DNA of 64,000 nucleotides. Source: an uncultured Chloroflexia bacterium (lineage in GTDB: Bacteria > Chloroflexota > Limnocylindria > Limnocylindrales > CSP1-4). Of the stretch, positions 1 through 10,441 are shown one piece after another. The notes beneath the pieces are model-generated. The model was given only the letters and a program-made list of their open reading frames with translations. It did not search any database and was not told where the DNA came from. The position numbers were made by a program, and so were the translations under genes. The stretch's first letter is position 1; the number at the start of each line of letters is the position of its first letter. Location: NCBI GenBank assembly GCA_963763775.1, contig CAVXPZ010000001.1, forward strand, positions 192,001-256,000. Direction: 5' to 3'.

Positions 1-437
1 TCGGCCGTCCGACAGAACGCGACGACCTGGCCGGCGAGCTCGCGGATCCACGGTTTCTCCTCGCGTGGCAGCTCGCCGAGCTCCTCTTCCACGAGGTCGA
101 TCCAGTGCCCCGCGATCGCGTCGATCGCCGCGTCCGGGACACGGGCGACCGCGGAGATCCAGGCGGGGTCGATGCGTTCGATGGTCCGGTCCACGCCGGC
201 GTCGCCCGGTCCGTCGAGCTCCATCCGGGCATCGAGCAGGTCCGGCGGCTCCGAGCGTCCGGTCGCGACCCGGGCGGCCTCGGAGAAGAGGTCCAGCCAC
301 GTGGGGTCGAGCCCGCCGCCGAGTGAGAGGTGGGCGTCGAACCGGGTCCGGTCGTCCAGCGCGAGGAGGTCGTCGAACTCGATGACGAGCAGGATCTCGC
401 GGGCATCGCCGGCCACGAGGTCCATCCGCGCGCCCAT
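1..437 (-). CDS. Hypothetical protein (partial, runs off the left edge), probably co-transcribed after sucD
   Basis: Not in the ORF track. Manual translation from ATG at 437 gives an open, acidic, globular-looking frame (MGARMDLVAGDAREILLVIEFDDLLALDDRTRFDAHLSLGGGLDPTWLDLFSEAAR...) starting 3 nt after the sucD stop. Confidence 0.6.
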   Translation of the reverse strand, partial: MGARMDLVAGDAREILLVIEFDDLLALDDRTRFDAHLSLGGGLDPTWLDLFSEAARVATGRSEPPDLLDARMELDGPGDAGVDRTIERIDPAWISAVARVPDAAIDAIAGHWIDLVEEELGELPREEKPWIRELAGQVVAFCRTA

Positions 438-440
438 CGG

Positions 441-1325
441 CTAGCCGCGGTATCCGGCGTCGCGCAGGAGCGACGGGAGCTCGGTCGGCGACGATGCCAC
501 GCGGAAGCCGGCCGCCTCGAGCGCCGCGACCTTGGAGGCGGCCGTGCCCGCGCCGCCGGAGATGATCGCCCCGGCGTGCCCCATCCGCTTGCCTTCGGGC
601 GCGGTCCGACCGGCGATGAACGCGACCTTCGGGATGTCTCGCAGATGCTGGGCGGCCCAGGCGGCCGCCGTCTCCTCGGCGGCCCCGCCGATCTCGCCGA
701 TCAGGACCAGGGCCTCGGTCTCGGGGTCGGCCGCGAACAGCTCCAGCACGTCGAGGAAGGTGGTGCCGATGATCGGGTCGCCGCCGATCCCGATGCACGT
801 CGACTGGCCGAGGCCGGCGTCCGTCATCGCCTGCACGGCCTCGTACGTGAGCGTCCCGGACCGACTCACGACGCCGACGCGGCCCTCCCGATGGATCGGG
901 CCCGGGATGATCCCGACCTTGGCCCGGCCGGGCGACGTGGCGCCGGGGCAGTTCGGTCCGATCAGGCGGGCGCCGCGAGCGCGGACGAACTCGACGGCCG
1001 CGACCATGTCGAGCGCCGGGATGCCCTCGGTGATGCAGAAGATCGTCTCGATGCCCGCGGCCGCAGCCTCCATGACGGCGTCCGGGGCGCCGGCGGCCGG
1101 CACGAAGATGCAGGACGTGTTCGCGCCGGTCTCGCGAACGGCGTCGGCGACCGTGTCGAAGACCGGCACCGTGCCATCGAGGGCCATCTGCCCGCCCTTG
1201 CCGGGCGTCATCCCCGCGACGATCGGCGTGCCGTAGGCCTGCATCGCCCGGGCGTGGAACTCGCCTTCGCGACCGGTGATGCCCTGCACCACCAGCCGCG
1301 TGTCACGGCCGACGAGGATGCTCAT
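441..1325 (-). CDS. sucD: Succinyl-CoA synthetase alpha subunit
   Basis: [34 protein letters not shown] and GKRMGHAGA phospho-His motif. Confidence 0.97.
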   Translation of the reverse strand: MSILVGRDTRLVVQGITGREGEFHARAMQAYGTPIVAGMTPGKGGQMALDGTVPVFDTVADAVRETGANTSCIFVPAAGAPDAVMEAAAAGIETIFCITEGIPALDMVAAVEFVRARGARLIGPNCPGATSPGRAKVGIIPGPIHREGRVGVVSRSGTLTYEAVQAMTDAGLGQSTCIGIGGDPIIGTTFLDVLELFAADPETEALVLIGEIGGAAEETAAAWAAQHLRDIPKVAFIAGRTAPEGKRMGHAGAIISGGAGTAASKVAALEAAGFRVASSPTELPSLLRDAGYRG

Positions 1326-2497
1326 GCGGCCGCTCCGCCCGAGGCCGCGACGGCCTTCGCCGCCGCCTCGTCGAGCGAGGCGGCGGTCTCGAAGCGGGCC
1401 TCCTCGAGGAGCGTGGCCGCCTCGGCCGCGTTCGTGCCGACGATCCGCACGACCATCGGGACGTCGCGGGTCTGCTGCGCGCGAGCCTCGATCAGGCCCC
1501 GGGCGACCTCGTCACCCCGCGTGATGCCGCCGAAGATGTTGACCAGGATCGCATCGACCTTCGGGTCGGCGAGGATGATGCGCATCGCCGCGGCGACCTT
1601 GTCCGCCCGCGCGCCGCCGCCGATGTCGAGGAAGTTCGCCGGTTCGCCGCCGGCGCGCTTCACGAGGTCCATCGTCGTCATCGCCAGACCGGCGCCGTTG
1701 ACCATGCAGCCGATCGTGCCGTCGAGCTTGATGAACGTCAGGCCAGCCTCGCGCGCCTCCCGATCGGCCGGGGCCTCCTCATCGGGGTCGCGGAGCGCCT
1801 CGAGGCCCGGATGGCGAGGGAGCGCCGAGTCGTCGAGCGTGACCTTCGCATCGAGGCACACGAGCCGTTCGGCCGATGTGCCGTCCGGTCCCGACTCGCG
1901 GATGATCGCGAGCGGGTTGATCTCGACAAGGTCGGCGTCGTAGGCGAGCATCGTGGCCACGAGGCCCTTGGTGATCGCCACGGCCGCCTTGAGGTGCGCG
2001 CCGAGGCCCATCGCGAACGCGAGCTCGCGCGCCTGGTAGTCCTGGAGCCCGAGCAGGGGGTCCGCGTGGCGGCGGATGATCGCTTCCGGGTGCTCGACGG
2101 CGACCTGCTCGATCTCCACGCCGCCCTCGGCGGATCCCATGAGCATGATCCGCCGCTCCGCCCGGTCCAGGACGGCCGAGAGGTAGAACTCCTTGACGAT
2201 GTCCGCCGCCGGCCCGATGAGGACCTTGCGGACGGTCATGCCCTTGATGTCCATCCCGAGGATCGCCGTGGCAACGGTCGCAGCCTCGTCGGCCGAGCCC
2301 GCGAGCTTCACGCCGCCGGCCTTGCCGCGGCCGCCGACGAGGACCTGGGCCTTGATGACGACCTTCCCGGCCCCCTCGTCGAGGAAGTGCGCGGCGGCGG
2401 CACGGGCCTCGTCCACCGTGTGCGCCACCGCCCACGGCGGGACCGCCAGACCCTGGGCGACGAGCAGCGACTTGGCGTCGGCTTCCTGGATCTTCAC
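1322..2497 (-). CDS. sucC: Succinyl-CoA synthetase beta subunit
   Basis: GTG start at 2497 (MKIQEADAK); [41 protein letters not shown]; 4-bp overlap with sucD. Confidence 0.96.
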   Translation of the reverse strand: MKIQEADAKSLLVAQGLAVPPWAVAHTVDEARAAAAHFLDEGAGKVVIKAQVLVGGRGKAGGVKLAGSADEAATVATAILGMDIKGMTVRKVLIGPAADIVKEFYLSAVLDRAERRIMLMGSAEGGVEIEQVAVEHPEAIIRRHADPLLGLQDYQARELAFAMGLGAHLKAAVAITKGLVATMLAYDADLVEINPLAIIRESGPDGTSAERLVCLDAKVTLDDSALPRHPGLEALRDPDEEAPADREAREAGLTFIKLDGTIGCMVNGAGLAMTTMDLVKRAGGEPANFLDIGGGARADKVAAAMRIILADPKVDAILVNIFGGITRGDEVARGLIEARAQQTRDVPMVVRIVGTNAAEAATLLEEARFETAASLDEAAAKAVAASGGAAA

Positions 2498-2682
2498 GGG
2501 CGGACGGGCACTCCGAGCTGCGAACTGGCCGGGGCTCGATGGTACCGCGTTCCGGCGGGCTGCCGGGGACGCCGCCGAGGGTTCGCAACGGGACGCTCGA
2601 CGTGAAGATGGAACGAACCGCGACACCCGCCTCGCCATACTCCTTGAGCGAGGCCAGACGGCCCGCCATCGCCGAGGGCGAC

Positions 2683-3240
2683 ATGCAGCGAGACCTCGTG
2701 GAGCGAGCACGGACGGGCGATCATGACGCCTTCGCCGTGCTGGCAGGCGCCGCGATCTCCCGCCTCGATGGCGCCGCCTGGCTGATCCTTCGGGACCGGG
2801 AGCAGGCGATGGACGCGGTGCAGAACGCCCTCGTCCGTGCCTGGCGTGATCTGCCCACCCTCCGTGATCCCGACGCCTTCGACGCGTGGCTGCGTCGTCT
2901 GCTCGTCCGTGCCTGTATCGATGAGGCGCGACGAGTCAGGCGACACCGGGTCGACGTCGAACTCACCATCCTCGATGTCCCGACAGCCGACGACGTCGCC
3001 TCGACGATCGCCGACCGTGACCAGCTCGAACGCGGCTTCCTCCGGCTGGATCCGGAGATGCGGGCCGTGATCGTCCTCCATCACTACCTCGACCTCCCGA
3101 TGCCGACCGTCGCCGCCACCCTCGGGATCCCCCTGGGGACGGCGAAGTCGCGGCTCCATCGAGCCCTCGGGCTCATGCGGGCCGCGCTCGATGCCGATAC
3201 GCGCCTGAGCCAGGACCACATGAAGGGTCGTCCGGTATGA
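2683..3240 (+). CDS. ECF RNA polymerase sigma factor
   Basis: MQRDLVERARTGDHDAF; region 2 DAVQNALVRAWRDL...FDAWL; region 4 VAATLGIPLGTAKSRLHRA. Confidence 0.92.
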   Translation: MQRDLVERARTGDHDAFAVLAGAAISRLDGAAWLILRDREQAMDAVQNALVRAWRDLPTLRDPDAFDAWLRRLLVRACIDEARRVRRHRVDVELTILDVPTADDVASTIADRDQLERGFLRLDPEMRAVIVLHHYLDLPMPTVAATLGIPLGTAKSRLHRALGLMRAALDADTRLSQDHMKGRPV

Positions 3241-4520
3241 CTGACAACGAGACGTTCGGACAGACCCTCTCGACGTGGCTCCACGAGGAGGCCGAGCACC
3301 GCATGCCCGACCATCTCGGCGAGGTCCTCGTGCGAACAGCGGCGACGCGACAGCGGCCGTGGTGGTCGAGCCACGAAAGGTGGCTTCCGTTGGATACCTC
3401 CACGAACCTCCCGGGCCGGGTCTCGGTCCCCAGGCCCCTCGCGTGGGTCGCCGTGGCCCTTCTGCTGGTGATCGCCATCGTGGGTGCCGCCCTGCTGAGC
3501 GGCGCCTTTCGCCCGGCGGCACCCACGTTCGGCCTGGCCGAGAACGGCCGGATCCTCGTTGCCGACGGCACGCAGCTCAAGAGCTACGCGGCCGACGGCA
3601 CGGACCCCAAGGTCGTGCAGGCGCTTCCGGGTGGCGCCTCAGGCCTGACGATCTCGCCCGATGGCACCAAGCTCGCGTTCGCGACCGCCACCCAACCCGA
3701 GACCATCCAGGTCCTGCCGGTGAGCGGAGGGCAGCCCATCTCCGTACCGTTGCCGGATGGCACGCGAGCCGGTGACCAGATCAGCTGGTCGCCGACTAGT
3801 GATCGGATCGTCTTCCCGACCGTGGCCGGCACGACCGAGGCCCTGTATACGGCCCCTGTGGACGGATCGGCGGCCACCCAGCTCGGTGCGGGCGCGATCC
3901 CGTCGGTGGGCCTGTGGTGGCCGGCCTGGTCGCCGGACGGCCGGACCATCTCCTTCCTGACGGACGAAGGCGGCAGCGGGACTGGGGCGATCAACGTGAT
4001 CCATCCGGATGGCACCGGGTTCCAGCGTCTCTCGACTCCACTCGTCTCGGTCGGTGGCGTCGGCGGCAACGTGTGGTCGCCGGAGCCCGGTGTGCAGCGA
4101 CTCCTGTTCGTCGGCGACGGGAACAACCTCTGGATCCACGACTTCTCGACCGGGAAGGACGGATCGGTGATCGGCGGGTTCTGGCCCACGTGGTCGCCCG
4201 ACGGCAAGCGGATGGCGTTCTGGGGAGGTGGCACGGAGACCCTGTCCGTGGCGGACGCCATCGCCGGGATCGCTCGACCTACCCGGGTGTTCGCGCCCTT
4301 CCAGGACAACTGTCAAGCGAATCCGGAGCGTGCTCGAACGGCATTCTGCGGTCCGGCAACGTGGTCGCCAGACGGTACCCGAGTCCTCGCCCCGGACATC
4401 GTCGGGACGTCGGTGCTGTCGCTGTTGGCGGACGGCACCGGGGCGCCGATCGTCATCCCGATCTCCACCAACGTCATGGACAAGGGCAACCCGGTCGCCT
4501 GGGTGCCGGTCCGTCCCTGA
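3237..4520 (+). CDS. Putative membrane anti-sigma factor with extracytoplasmic TolB/PD40-like beta-propeller
   Basis: ATGA overlap with the sigma gene; short N-terminal cytoplasmic segment, one TM helix ([20 protein letters not shown]), repeated WSPDG motifs. Confidence 0.75.
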   Translation: MTDNETFGQTLSTWLHEEAEHRMPDHLGEVLVRTAATRQRPWWSSHERWLPLDTSTNLPGRVSVPRPLAWVAVALLLVIAIVGAALLSGAFRPAAPTFGLAENGRILVADGTQLKSYAADGTDPKVVQALPGGASGLTISPDGTKLAFATATQPETIQVLPVSGGQPISVPLPDGTRAGDQISWSPTSDRIVFPTVAGTTEALYTAPVDGSAATQLGAGAIPSVGLWWPAWSPDGRTISFLTDEGGSGTGAINVIHPDGTGFQRLSTPLVSVGGVGGNVWSPEPGVQRLLFVGDGNNLWIHDFSTGKDGSVIGGFWPTWSPDGKRMAFWGGGTETLSVADAIAGIARPTRVFAPFQDNCQANPERARTAFCGPATWSPDGTRVLAPDIVGTSVLSLLADGTGAPIVIPISTNVMDKGNPVAWVPVRP

Positions 4521-4596
4521 CGAGCGACGACTCGAACGCAAAGCCACGGCGGCCGGCCCCTCCTCCAGAGGCCGGCCGTCGTCCGGCGCCTCGCGA

Positions 4597-4605
4597 TGCT
4601 ACGAT
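4597..4605 (+). promoter_or_regulatory. Extended -10 element (TGcTACGAT) of a probably leaderless icd transcript
   Basis: TGnTANNNT with 6 nt between it and the ATG at 4612; no Shine-Dalgarno. Confidence 0.55.
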
Positions 4606-4611
4606 CGGGGC

Positions 4612-5643
4612 ATGGCCCACCGAGTCACCCTGATCCCCGGCGACGGCATCGGTCCGGAGTTGGCGGAGGCGTCCCGTCGCGTGCTCGACGCGTCGGGCGT
4701 CGCGTTCGAGTGGGAGACCGTCGACGCGGGCGAGGCCGTCATGGCCGAGTACGGCACGCCGCTCCCGGAGCACGTCCTCGAATCGATCAAGCGCAACAAG
4801 GTGGCGCTCAAGGGGCCGATCACGACGCCGATCGGCGAGGGCTTCCGCAGCGTCAACGTGACCCTCCGCCAGGTCCTCGGGCTGTACGCCAACCTGCGCC
4901 CGGCTCGTTCGATCAAGGGCCTCGAGACCCGCTACGAGGACGTCGACCTCGTCATCGTCCGCGAGAACACCGAGGACCTCTACGCCGGCATCGAGCACAT
5001 GGTCGGGCGCGACGCCGCGGAGAGCATCAAGATCATCACCCGGGAGGCCTCGGAGCGGATCGCCCGCTACGCCTTCGACTACGCGGTGGCGAACGGCCGC
5101 GAGAAGGTGACGGCGGTCCACAAGGCCAACATCATGAAGCTCTCGGACGGCCTGTTCCTCGAGAGCTGTCGGACGGTGGCGGCGGAATACGACGGCCGGG
5201 TGGCCTTCGAGGACCGCATCGTCGACAACATGTGCATGCAGCTCGTCCAGAAACCCGAGCTGTACGACGTCCTGGTGCTGCCGAACCTGTACGGCGACAT
5301 CGTCAGCGACCTGGCCGCGGGCCTCGTCGGCGGCCTCGGGGTGGCGCCCGGCGCGAACATCGGCACGGACGCCGCCGTCTTCGAGCCGGTCCACGGCTCC
5401 GCGCCGAAGTACGCGGGCATGAACAAGGCGAACCCGACGGCGATGATCCTGTCGGGCGCGTTGATGCTCCGCCACCTCGGCTACCCGGACGCGGCCACGA
5501 ACCTCGAGGCGGCCGTCCGCGACGTCATCGCCGAGGGGCGATCCACGACGTACGACCTGGGTGGACCCGCCGGGACGAGCGAGTTCGCCGACGCGATCAT
5601 CGAGCGCCTGGCCGCGACGCCGGCCGCTTCGACGCCCGCCTAG
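4612..5643 (+). CDS. icd: Isocitrate dehydrogenase (isocitrate/isopropylmalate dehydrogenase family, IDH3-like)
   Basis: [54 protein letters not shown]; TCA gene context. Confidence 0.85.
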   Translation: MAHRVTLIPGDGIGPELAEASRRVLDASGVAFEWETVDAGEAVMAEYGTPLPEHVLESIKRNKVALKGPITTPIGEGFRSVNVTLRQVLGLYANLRPARSIKGLETRYEDVDLVIVRENTEDLYAGIEHMVGRDAAESIKIITREASERIARYAFDYAVANGREKVTAVHKANIMKLSDGLFLESCRTVAAEYDGRVAFEDRIVDNMCMQLVQKPELYDVLVLPNLYGDIVSDLAAGLVGGLGVAPGANIGTDAAVFEPVHGSAPKYAGMNKANPTAMILSGALMLRHLGYPDAATNLEAAVRDVIAEGRSTTYDLGGPAGTSEFADAIIERLAATPAASTPA

Positions 5644-5681
5644 CCAGACCGGCCGGCGCGGCGACACCGAACGGAGGCTTC

Positions 5682-6065
5682 ATGCTGGTCCGATACCGGG
5701 GCGGGGAAGGGATGCTCGCGTGGGCGTTCCACCGGATCTCCGGGGTGGCCATCTGGCTGTTCGTGATGCTCCACGTCTTCGACATCTTCCTCGTCGGCGT
5801 GGCGCCGAAGACGTACGACAGCCTGCTGTTCATCTATGCGACCCCGCCGGGGATCGTCATGGAGTGGCTGCTCGGGGCCGCCGTCCTGTACCACGCGCTC
5901 AACGGCTTGCGCATCGTGGTGATGGACTTCTGGCCGCCCCTGACGCGATATCACCGCCAGCTCTGGTACCTGTGCTGGGTGGTATTCGCGATCGTCGGGA
6001 TCCCCGTGACGATCGTCATCTTCGGGCAGTTCGCCCGGGCCATGGGCTGGATGGCGCCCGCATGA
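5682..6065 (+). CDS. sdhC: Succinate dehydrogenase cytochrome b556 subunit
   Basis: RBS GGAGG; AWAFHRISG, HALNGLRIVVMD; three TM helices. Confidence 0.9.
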   Translation: MLVRYRGGEGMLAWAFHRISGVAIWLFVMLHVFDIFLVGVAPKTYDSLLFIYATPPGIVMEWLLGAAVLYHALNGLRIVVMDFWPPLTRYHRQLWYLCWVVFAIVGIPVTIVIFGQFARAMGWMAPA

Positions 6066-6466
6066 CCATCCGAACGACTCGGGCGGGACGGGCGAAGCCC
6101 GCGGGTCGCGGCCGGGAGCTGGCCGAGTGGTATGCGATGCGCGTCACCGGCCTCGCGCTGTTCGTGCTCGTGCTGAGTCACTACCTCATCCTGCACGTCC
6201 TGTACGAGCCGGCCCAGCAGCACGCCGGCTGGATCGCCGACGTCCGATGGAGCAGCACGTTCTGGCGCGGCTTCGACTGGCTGATGCTGTTCCTGGTCCT
6301 GTTCCATGCGTTCACCGGGATGCGGACCGTCCTGTCGGATTACACGCATGGCCGAGTCAGGACGATCTCGGTCGCCGCCCTGTATCTGGTGGCGTTCGTG
6401 CTGCTCGTGATGGGCACGTACGTCGTCCTGACGCTGCCCGTCACCCGCGTCGTCCCGGCCGCATGA
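6062..6466 (+). CDS. sdhD: Succinate dehydrogenase hydrophobic anchor subunit
   Basis: WYAMRVTG, HAFTGMRTVLSDY; lies between sdhC and sdhA with ATGA overlaps. Confidence 0.88.
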   Translation: MTIRTTRAGRAKPAGRGRELAEWYAMRVTGLALFVLVLSHYLILHVLYEPAQQHAGWIADVRWSSTFWRGFDWLMLFLVLFHAFTGMRTVLSDYTHGRVRTISVAALYLVAFVLLVMGTYVVLTLPVTRVVPAA

Positions 6467-8214
6467 CGACCCCGATCCAGCACGACGCGCTGATCGTGGG
6501 GGCCGGCGGCGCCGGCCTCTGGGCGGCCGTGGAACTGGCCAAGGCCGGCGTCGACGCGGCCGTCGTCACGAAGCTCTACCCGACCCGCTCCCATACCGGC
6601 GCCGCCCAGGGCGGCGTGTGTGCCGCCCTGGGAAACCAGGAGGAGGACCACTGGGAGTGGCACATGTTCGACACGATCAAGGGCGGCGACTACCTCGTCG
6701 ACCAGGACGCGGCCGAGGTCCTGGCGCGCGAGGCGATCGAGACCGTGATCGAGCTCGAGCACATGGGCCTGCCGTTCAACCGGACGCCCGACGGCAAGAT
6801 CGACCAGCGCCGCTTCGGCGGGCATACGCGCAACTACGGCGAAGGCCCCGTCCGCCGCTCGTGCTTCGCCGCCGACCGGACCGGGCACATGATCCTGCAG
6901 ACGCTCTACCAGCAGGCGATCAAGCACGGCGTCACGTTCTACGACGAGTACCACGTCGTCGACCTCATCGCCGCGGACGGCGACCTGGGCTCGGGCGGTC
7001 GCGTGGGCGGTGTCGTCGCCTACCGGATCGCGGACGGCGAGCTCCACACCCTGCGCGCCAAGAGCGTCCTGCTCGCGACCGGCGGCTTCGGGCGCATGTT
7101 CCGGATCACCTCGAACGCGTGGTCGCTGACCGGGGACGGGGCCGCGCTCGTCTACCGCCACGGCATCCCGTTGCAGGACATGGAGTTCTACCAGTTCCAC
7201 CCGACCGGGATCGTCGGGATCGGCATCCTGCTGTCCGAGGCCGCCCGCGGCGAAGGCGGGTACCTCCTCAACGACGAAGGCCAGCGGTTCATGGAGCGCT
7301 ACGCGCCCACGCTGATGGAGCTCGCGCCGCGGGACATGGTCAGCCGGGCCATCACGCAGGAGATCCGGGCGGGCCGCGGGATCGGCGGCAAGGACTACGT
7401 CTTCCTCGACGTCCGGCACCTCGGGCGGGCCGTCATCGAGGAGAAGCTCCCCGATATCACCGAGTTCGCCCGCGTCTACCAGGGCGTCGAGCCCCTGACC
7501 GAGCCGGTCCCGATCCAGCCGACGGCCCACTACGCGATGGGCGGCATCCCGACCGACCTCCTCACGCACGTCACGCGCGACGCCGCCGGGACGGTCGTCC
7601 CCGGGTTGTACGCCGCGGGCGAGTGCGCCTGCGTCAGCGTGCACGGGGCCAACCGACTCGGCACGAACTCGCTCGTCGACCTGCTCGTGTTCGGTCGGCG
7701 CGCCGGGCGGCAGATCGCCGCGGATCTCGGCGGTCTCGACCACCCCTCGATCCCCGACGACGTGCAGGACCCGGTCCGCGCCGAGATCGAGGGCCTTCGC
7801 AACCGAGCCACAAGGGAGAACCCGGCGCATATCCGACGCGACCTGGCCGACGTGATGATGGACGACGTCGGGGTGTACCGCGACGCGGCCGGTCTGCGGT
7901 CCGCGCTGACCCGCGTCGGCGAGCTGAAGGCGCGCTACGCCCGGGCGTCGATCATGGACAAGGGACGCGTCTTCAACACGGACCTCCTGGAGGCCCGCGA
8001 GGTGGGCTACCTCCTGGACTGCGCCGAGACGACCGTCGTGTCCGCGCTGGCCCGCAAGGAGAGCCGCGGCGCCCACGCCCGCGAGGACTACCCGGAGCGC
8101 GACGACGCGGCGTTCCTCTCGCACACGCTCGCCACGCGCGGCCCGGACGGTCCGACGCTGACCTACAAGCCGGTCACGATCACCAAATTCCAGCCCAAGC
8201 CCCGGACGTACTGA
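6463..8214 (+). CDS. sdhA: Succinate dehydrogenase flavoprotein subunit
   Basis: GAGGAG, RSHTGAAQGG covalent FAD His, QFHPTG, HYAMGG, HGANRLGTNSL, RKESRGAH. Confidence 0.97.
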   Translation: MTTPIQHDALIVGAGGAGLWAAVELAKAGVDAAVVTKLYPTRSHTGAAQGGVCAALGNQEEDHWEWHMFDTIKGGDYLVDQDAAEVLAREAIETVIELEHMGLPFNRTPDGKIDQRRFGGHTRNYGEGPVRRSCFAADRTGHMILQTLYQQAIKHGVTFYDEYHVVDLIAADGDLGSGGRVGGVVAYRIADGELHTLRAKSVLLATGGFGRMFRITSNAWSLTGDGAALVYRHGIPLQDMEFYQFHPTGIVGIGILLSEAARGEGGYLLNDEGQRFMERYAPTLMELAPRDMVSRAITQEIRAGRGIGGKDYVFLDVRHLGRAVIEEKLPDITEFARVYQGVEPLTEPVPIQPTAHYAMGGIPTDLLTHVTRDAAGTVVPGLYAAGECACVSVHGANRLGTNSLVDLLVFGRRAGRQIAADLGGLDHPSIPDDVQDPVRAEIEGLRNRATRENPAHIRRDLADVMMDDVGVYRDAAGLRSALTRVGELKARYARASIMDKGRVFNTDLLEAREVGYLLDCAETTVVSALARKESRGAHAREDYPERDDAAFLSHTLATRGPDGPTLTYKPVTITKFQPKPRTY

Positions 8215-8227
8215 GGCCACCCGCCCG

Positions 8228-8932
8228 ATGCAGGTCGATCTCCGCATCCTCCGCTACGACCCCGAGCGCGACGAGAAGCCGCACTGGGAGGCCTACGCGG
8301 TCGAGTGCGACCCGAAGGCGGACCGGGTCCTCGACCTGCTGCATCGCGTGAAGTACGAGCAGGACGGCTCGCTGACGTTCCGCCGTTCGTGCGCCCATGG
8401 GGTGTGCGGCTCGGACGCGATGCTCATCAACGGCCGCAACCGGCTCGCCTGCAAGATGCGCGTCGAGCAGCTCGGCAAGCGACGGATCACCGTGGCGCCG
8501 CTGCCGGGCCTGCCGGTCGTCAAGGACCTCGTCGTGGACATGGACGGGTTCTTCGACTCGTACAAGAGCGTGAAGCCGTACCTCATCAACGACTCGCCCG
8601 AGCCGGAGCGCGAGCGGACGCAGTCCGCGGCCGAGCGCGCGATCTACGACGACACGACCAAGTGCATCCTGTGCGGCGCCTGCACCTCCTCCTGCCCGTC
8701 GTTCTGGTCCCAGTCCACGTACGTCGGGCCGGCCGCGATCGTGAACGCGCACCGGTTCATCTTCGACTCGCGCGACGAGGCGGCCCATGAGCGGCTCGAG
8801 ATCCTCGCGGACGAGGACGGGGTGTGGCGTTGTCGCACGATCTTCAATTGCACGGATGCCTGCCCTCGCGGGATCCACATCACCCAGGCCATCCTCGAGG
8901 TGAGCCAGGCCATCGGAAGGCGCGCGACCTGA
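8228..8932 (+). CDS. sdhB: Succinate dehydrogenase iron-sulfur subunit
   Basis: RRSCAHGVCGSD, CILCGACTSSCP, CRTIFNCTDACP. Confidence 0.97.
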   Translation: MQVDLRILRYDPERDEKPHWEAYAVECDPKADRVLDLLHRVKYEQDGSLTFRRSCAHGVCGSDAMLINGRNRLACKMRVEQLGKRRITVAPLPGLPVVKDLVVDMDGFFDSYKSVKPYLINDSPEPERERTQSAAERAIYDDTTKCILCGACTSSCPSFWSQSTYVGPAAIVNAHRFIFDSRDEAAHERLEILADEDGVWRCRTIFNCTDACPRGIHITQAILEVSQAIGRRAT

Positions 8933-9455
8933 GCGACACGCTGTTCCCGGATCTCGAGGAGCCCGAGGGCACAGCCGCCCCGCCGCGCCGAGGGTTCGTC
9001 ATCCGGACGGACGGTGCGGCGCGAGGCAATCCCGGTCCGGCGTCGCTCGGGGCGGCCCTCTACGACCTTGAGCGGCCCGACGCTCGAGATCACCAGGGCC
9101 ACGCCGGATGCGTCCATCTCGGACTACCTGGGGATCCAGACCAACAACGTGGCCGAGTACACCGGCACCATGCGGGCACTCGCGCTGGCCAGTGACCTTG
9201 GGCGCTCGGGAAGTCCACCTGCTCCTGGATTCGAAACTGATCGTGGAGCAGCTCGCCGGCCGGTGGCGGGTCAAGGACGCCAAGCTCATCCCGCTCTGGT
9301 CCGCCTGTCGGGCCACCCTGGCCACATTCGAACGCTGGACCGCGGCGCACGTCCCGCGAGCGCAGAACTCCGTCGCGGATCGGCTCGCCAACGAGGCGAT
9401 CGACCGCGCCCACGCCGGCGGACCGGCGTCCGTCGTGCGCCGCCCCGGCGAGTAG
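8929..9455 (+). CDS. rnhA: Ribonuclease HI (two apparent indels near 9092 and 9200)
   Basis: Motifs spread over three frames: TDGAARGNPGPA / TNNVAEY / LDSKLIVEQLAGRWRVK...HVPRAQNSVADRLANEA. Start uncertain (CTG overlapping the sdhB stop). Confidence 0.85.
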
Positions 9456-9471
9456 CCCCTCGAGGGCCAAG

Positions 9472-9795
9472 GTGCAGGACCCGACCCGCCGCGACGCCCC
9501 CGGGAGCTGGCCGCGCGATCGGCCGGTCCGTTGGGGCGCGCTGGGCCGGAACCTCACGTCGTTCGCCGCCAGGACGAGCGTCTTCGTGGTCCAGTTCGCG
9601 CTGATCGTCCCGATCCTGACGCTGCCGGCCGATGCGGCGGGCGGCTGGCTCCAGGCGGGGGTCGCCGTGGCGTGGGGTGTCGGGACGCTGTGGGCCGCGT
9701 GGTGCTGGCTGCTCGGCGACCCGCGCGGCGTGATCGCGCCGGTCCTGACCCTCGTCGCGATCCTCGCCGCGGGGAGCAGCGGGTCCGGAGGGTAG
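9472..9795 (+). CDS. Small hypothetical membrane protein
   Basis: 107-aa ORF filling the rnhA-rnpB gap, with about three hydrophobic segments. Confidence 0.45.
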   Translation: MQDPTRRDAPGSWPRDRPVRWGALGRNLTSFAARTSVFVVQFALIVPILTLPADAAGGWLQAGVAVAWGVGTLWAAWCWLLGDPRGVIAPVLTLVAILAAGSSGSGG

Positions 9796-9804
9796 ACTCC
9801 GGGG

Positions 9805-10184
9805 GTCAGCGAGGCGGTCGGATGGTCGCGCGTCGGTCGGGGAGACCCGGTCGGCGTGAGGAAAGTCCGAGCTCCGCAGCGCAGGGTGGCGGGTAACGCC
9901 CGTCCGCCGTGAGGCGAGGACCAGTGCCACAGTGACGATGCCGCCGGTCGGGCTTCGGCCGGGTCGGCGGAGTGAAACGCGGCAAACTCCACCCGGAGCA
10001 AGGCCAAATAGGAGGGCGCAACCCGACATCGGGTGACCGGTGACGGGGGAGAGGTGCGCTGCCCAGCCCTCGGGTCGGCCGCATGAGCCGTCGGGCGACC
10101 GGCGGCCCCAGATGGATGGCCATCCCCGGCGGGCGCTTCGGCGCCCGGCGGGACAGAACTCGGCTTACAGACCGCCTCGCTGAC
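9805..10184 (+). ncRNA. rnpB: RNase P RNA, bacterial type A
   Basis: GAGGAAAGTCCGAGCTC, CAGTGCCACAG, GTGAAACGCGGCAAACTCCAC, GAGCAAGGCCAAATA, ACAGAACTCGGCTTAC; terminal P1 pairing GTCAGCGAGGCGGTC/GACCGCCTCGCTGAC; -10-like TAGACT at 9793. Confidence 0.97.
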
Positions 10185-10434
10185 GCCTTCGCGACCGAGC
10201 CACGGCCCAGATGACCGCCCACCCGACCGCGATCAGGGCGATCGCGGGCAGCGGGCTTTCGAGCAGGCGGTCCAGGTCGGTCAGCGGCGGGAGCCCCATG
10301 GCGGCCCGGCAGCTCTCAGGCGTGACATCCAGCGGCCCGAGGCACATCTGGACGTGGCCGCCAGCGATGAACAGCCACCACGTGGCGACCGCGACCGTCC
10401 AGATCCCCATCGCCGCGACGACGCGGCGCGTCAT
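10165..10434 (-). CDS. Small hypothetical membrane protein (2 TM, Cys pair in the loop)
   Basis: MTRRVVAAMGIWTVAVATWWLF...CLGPLDVTPESC...IALIAVGWAVIWAV; directly downstream of the Cys-rich ORF. Confidence 0.5.
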   Translation of the reverse strand: MTRRVVAAMGIWTVAVATWWLFIAGGHVQMCLGPLDVTPESCRAAMGLPPLTDLDRLLESPLPAIALIAVGWAVIWAVARSRRRQRGGL

Positions 10435-10441
10435 CGCGAGG

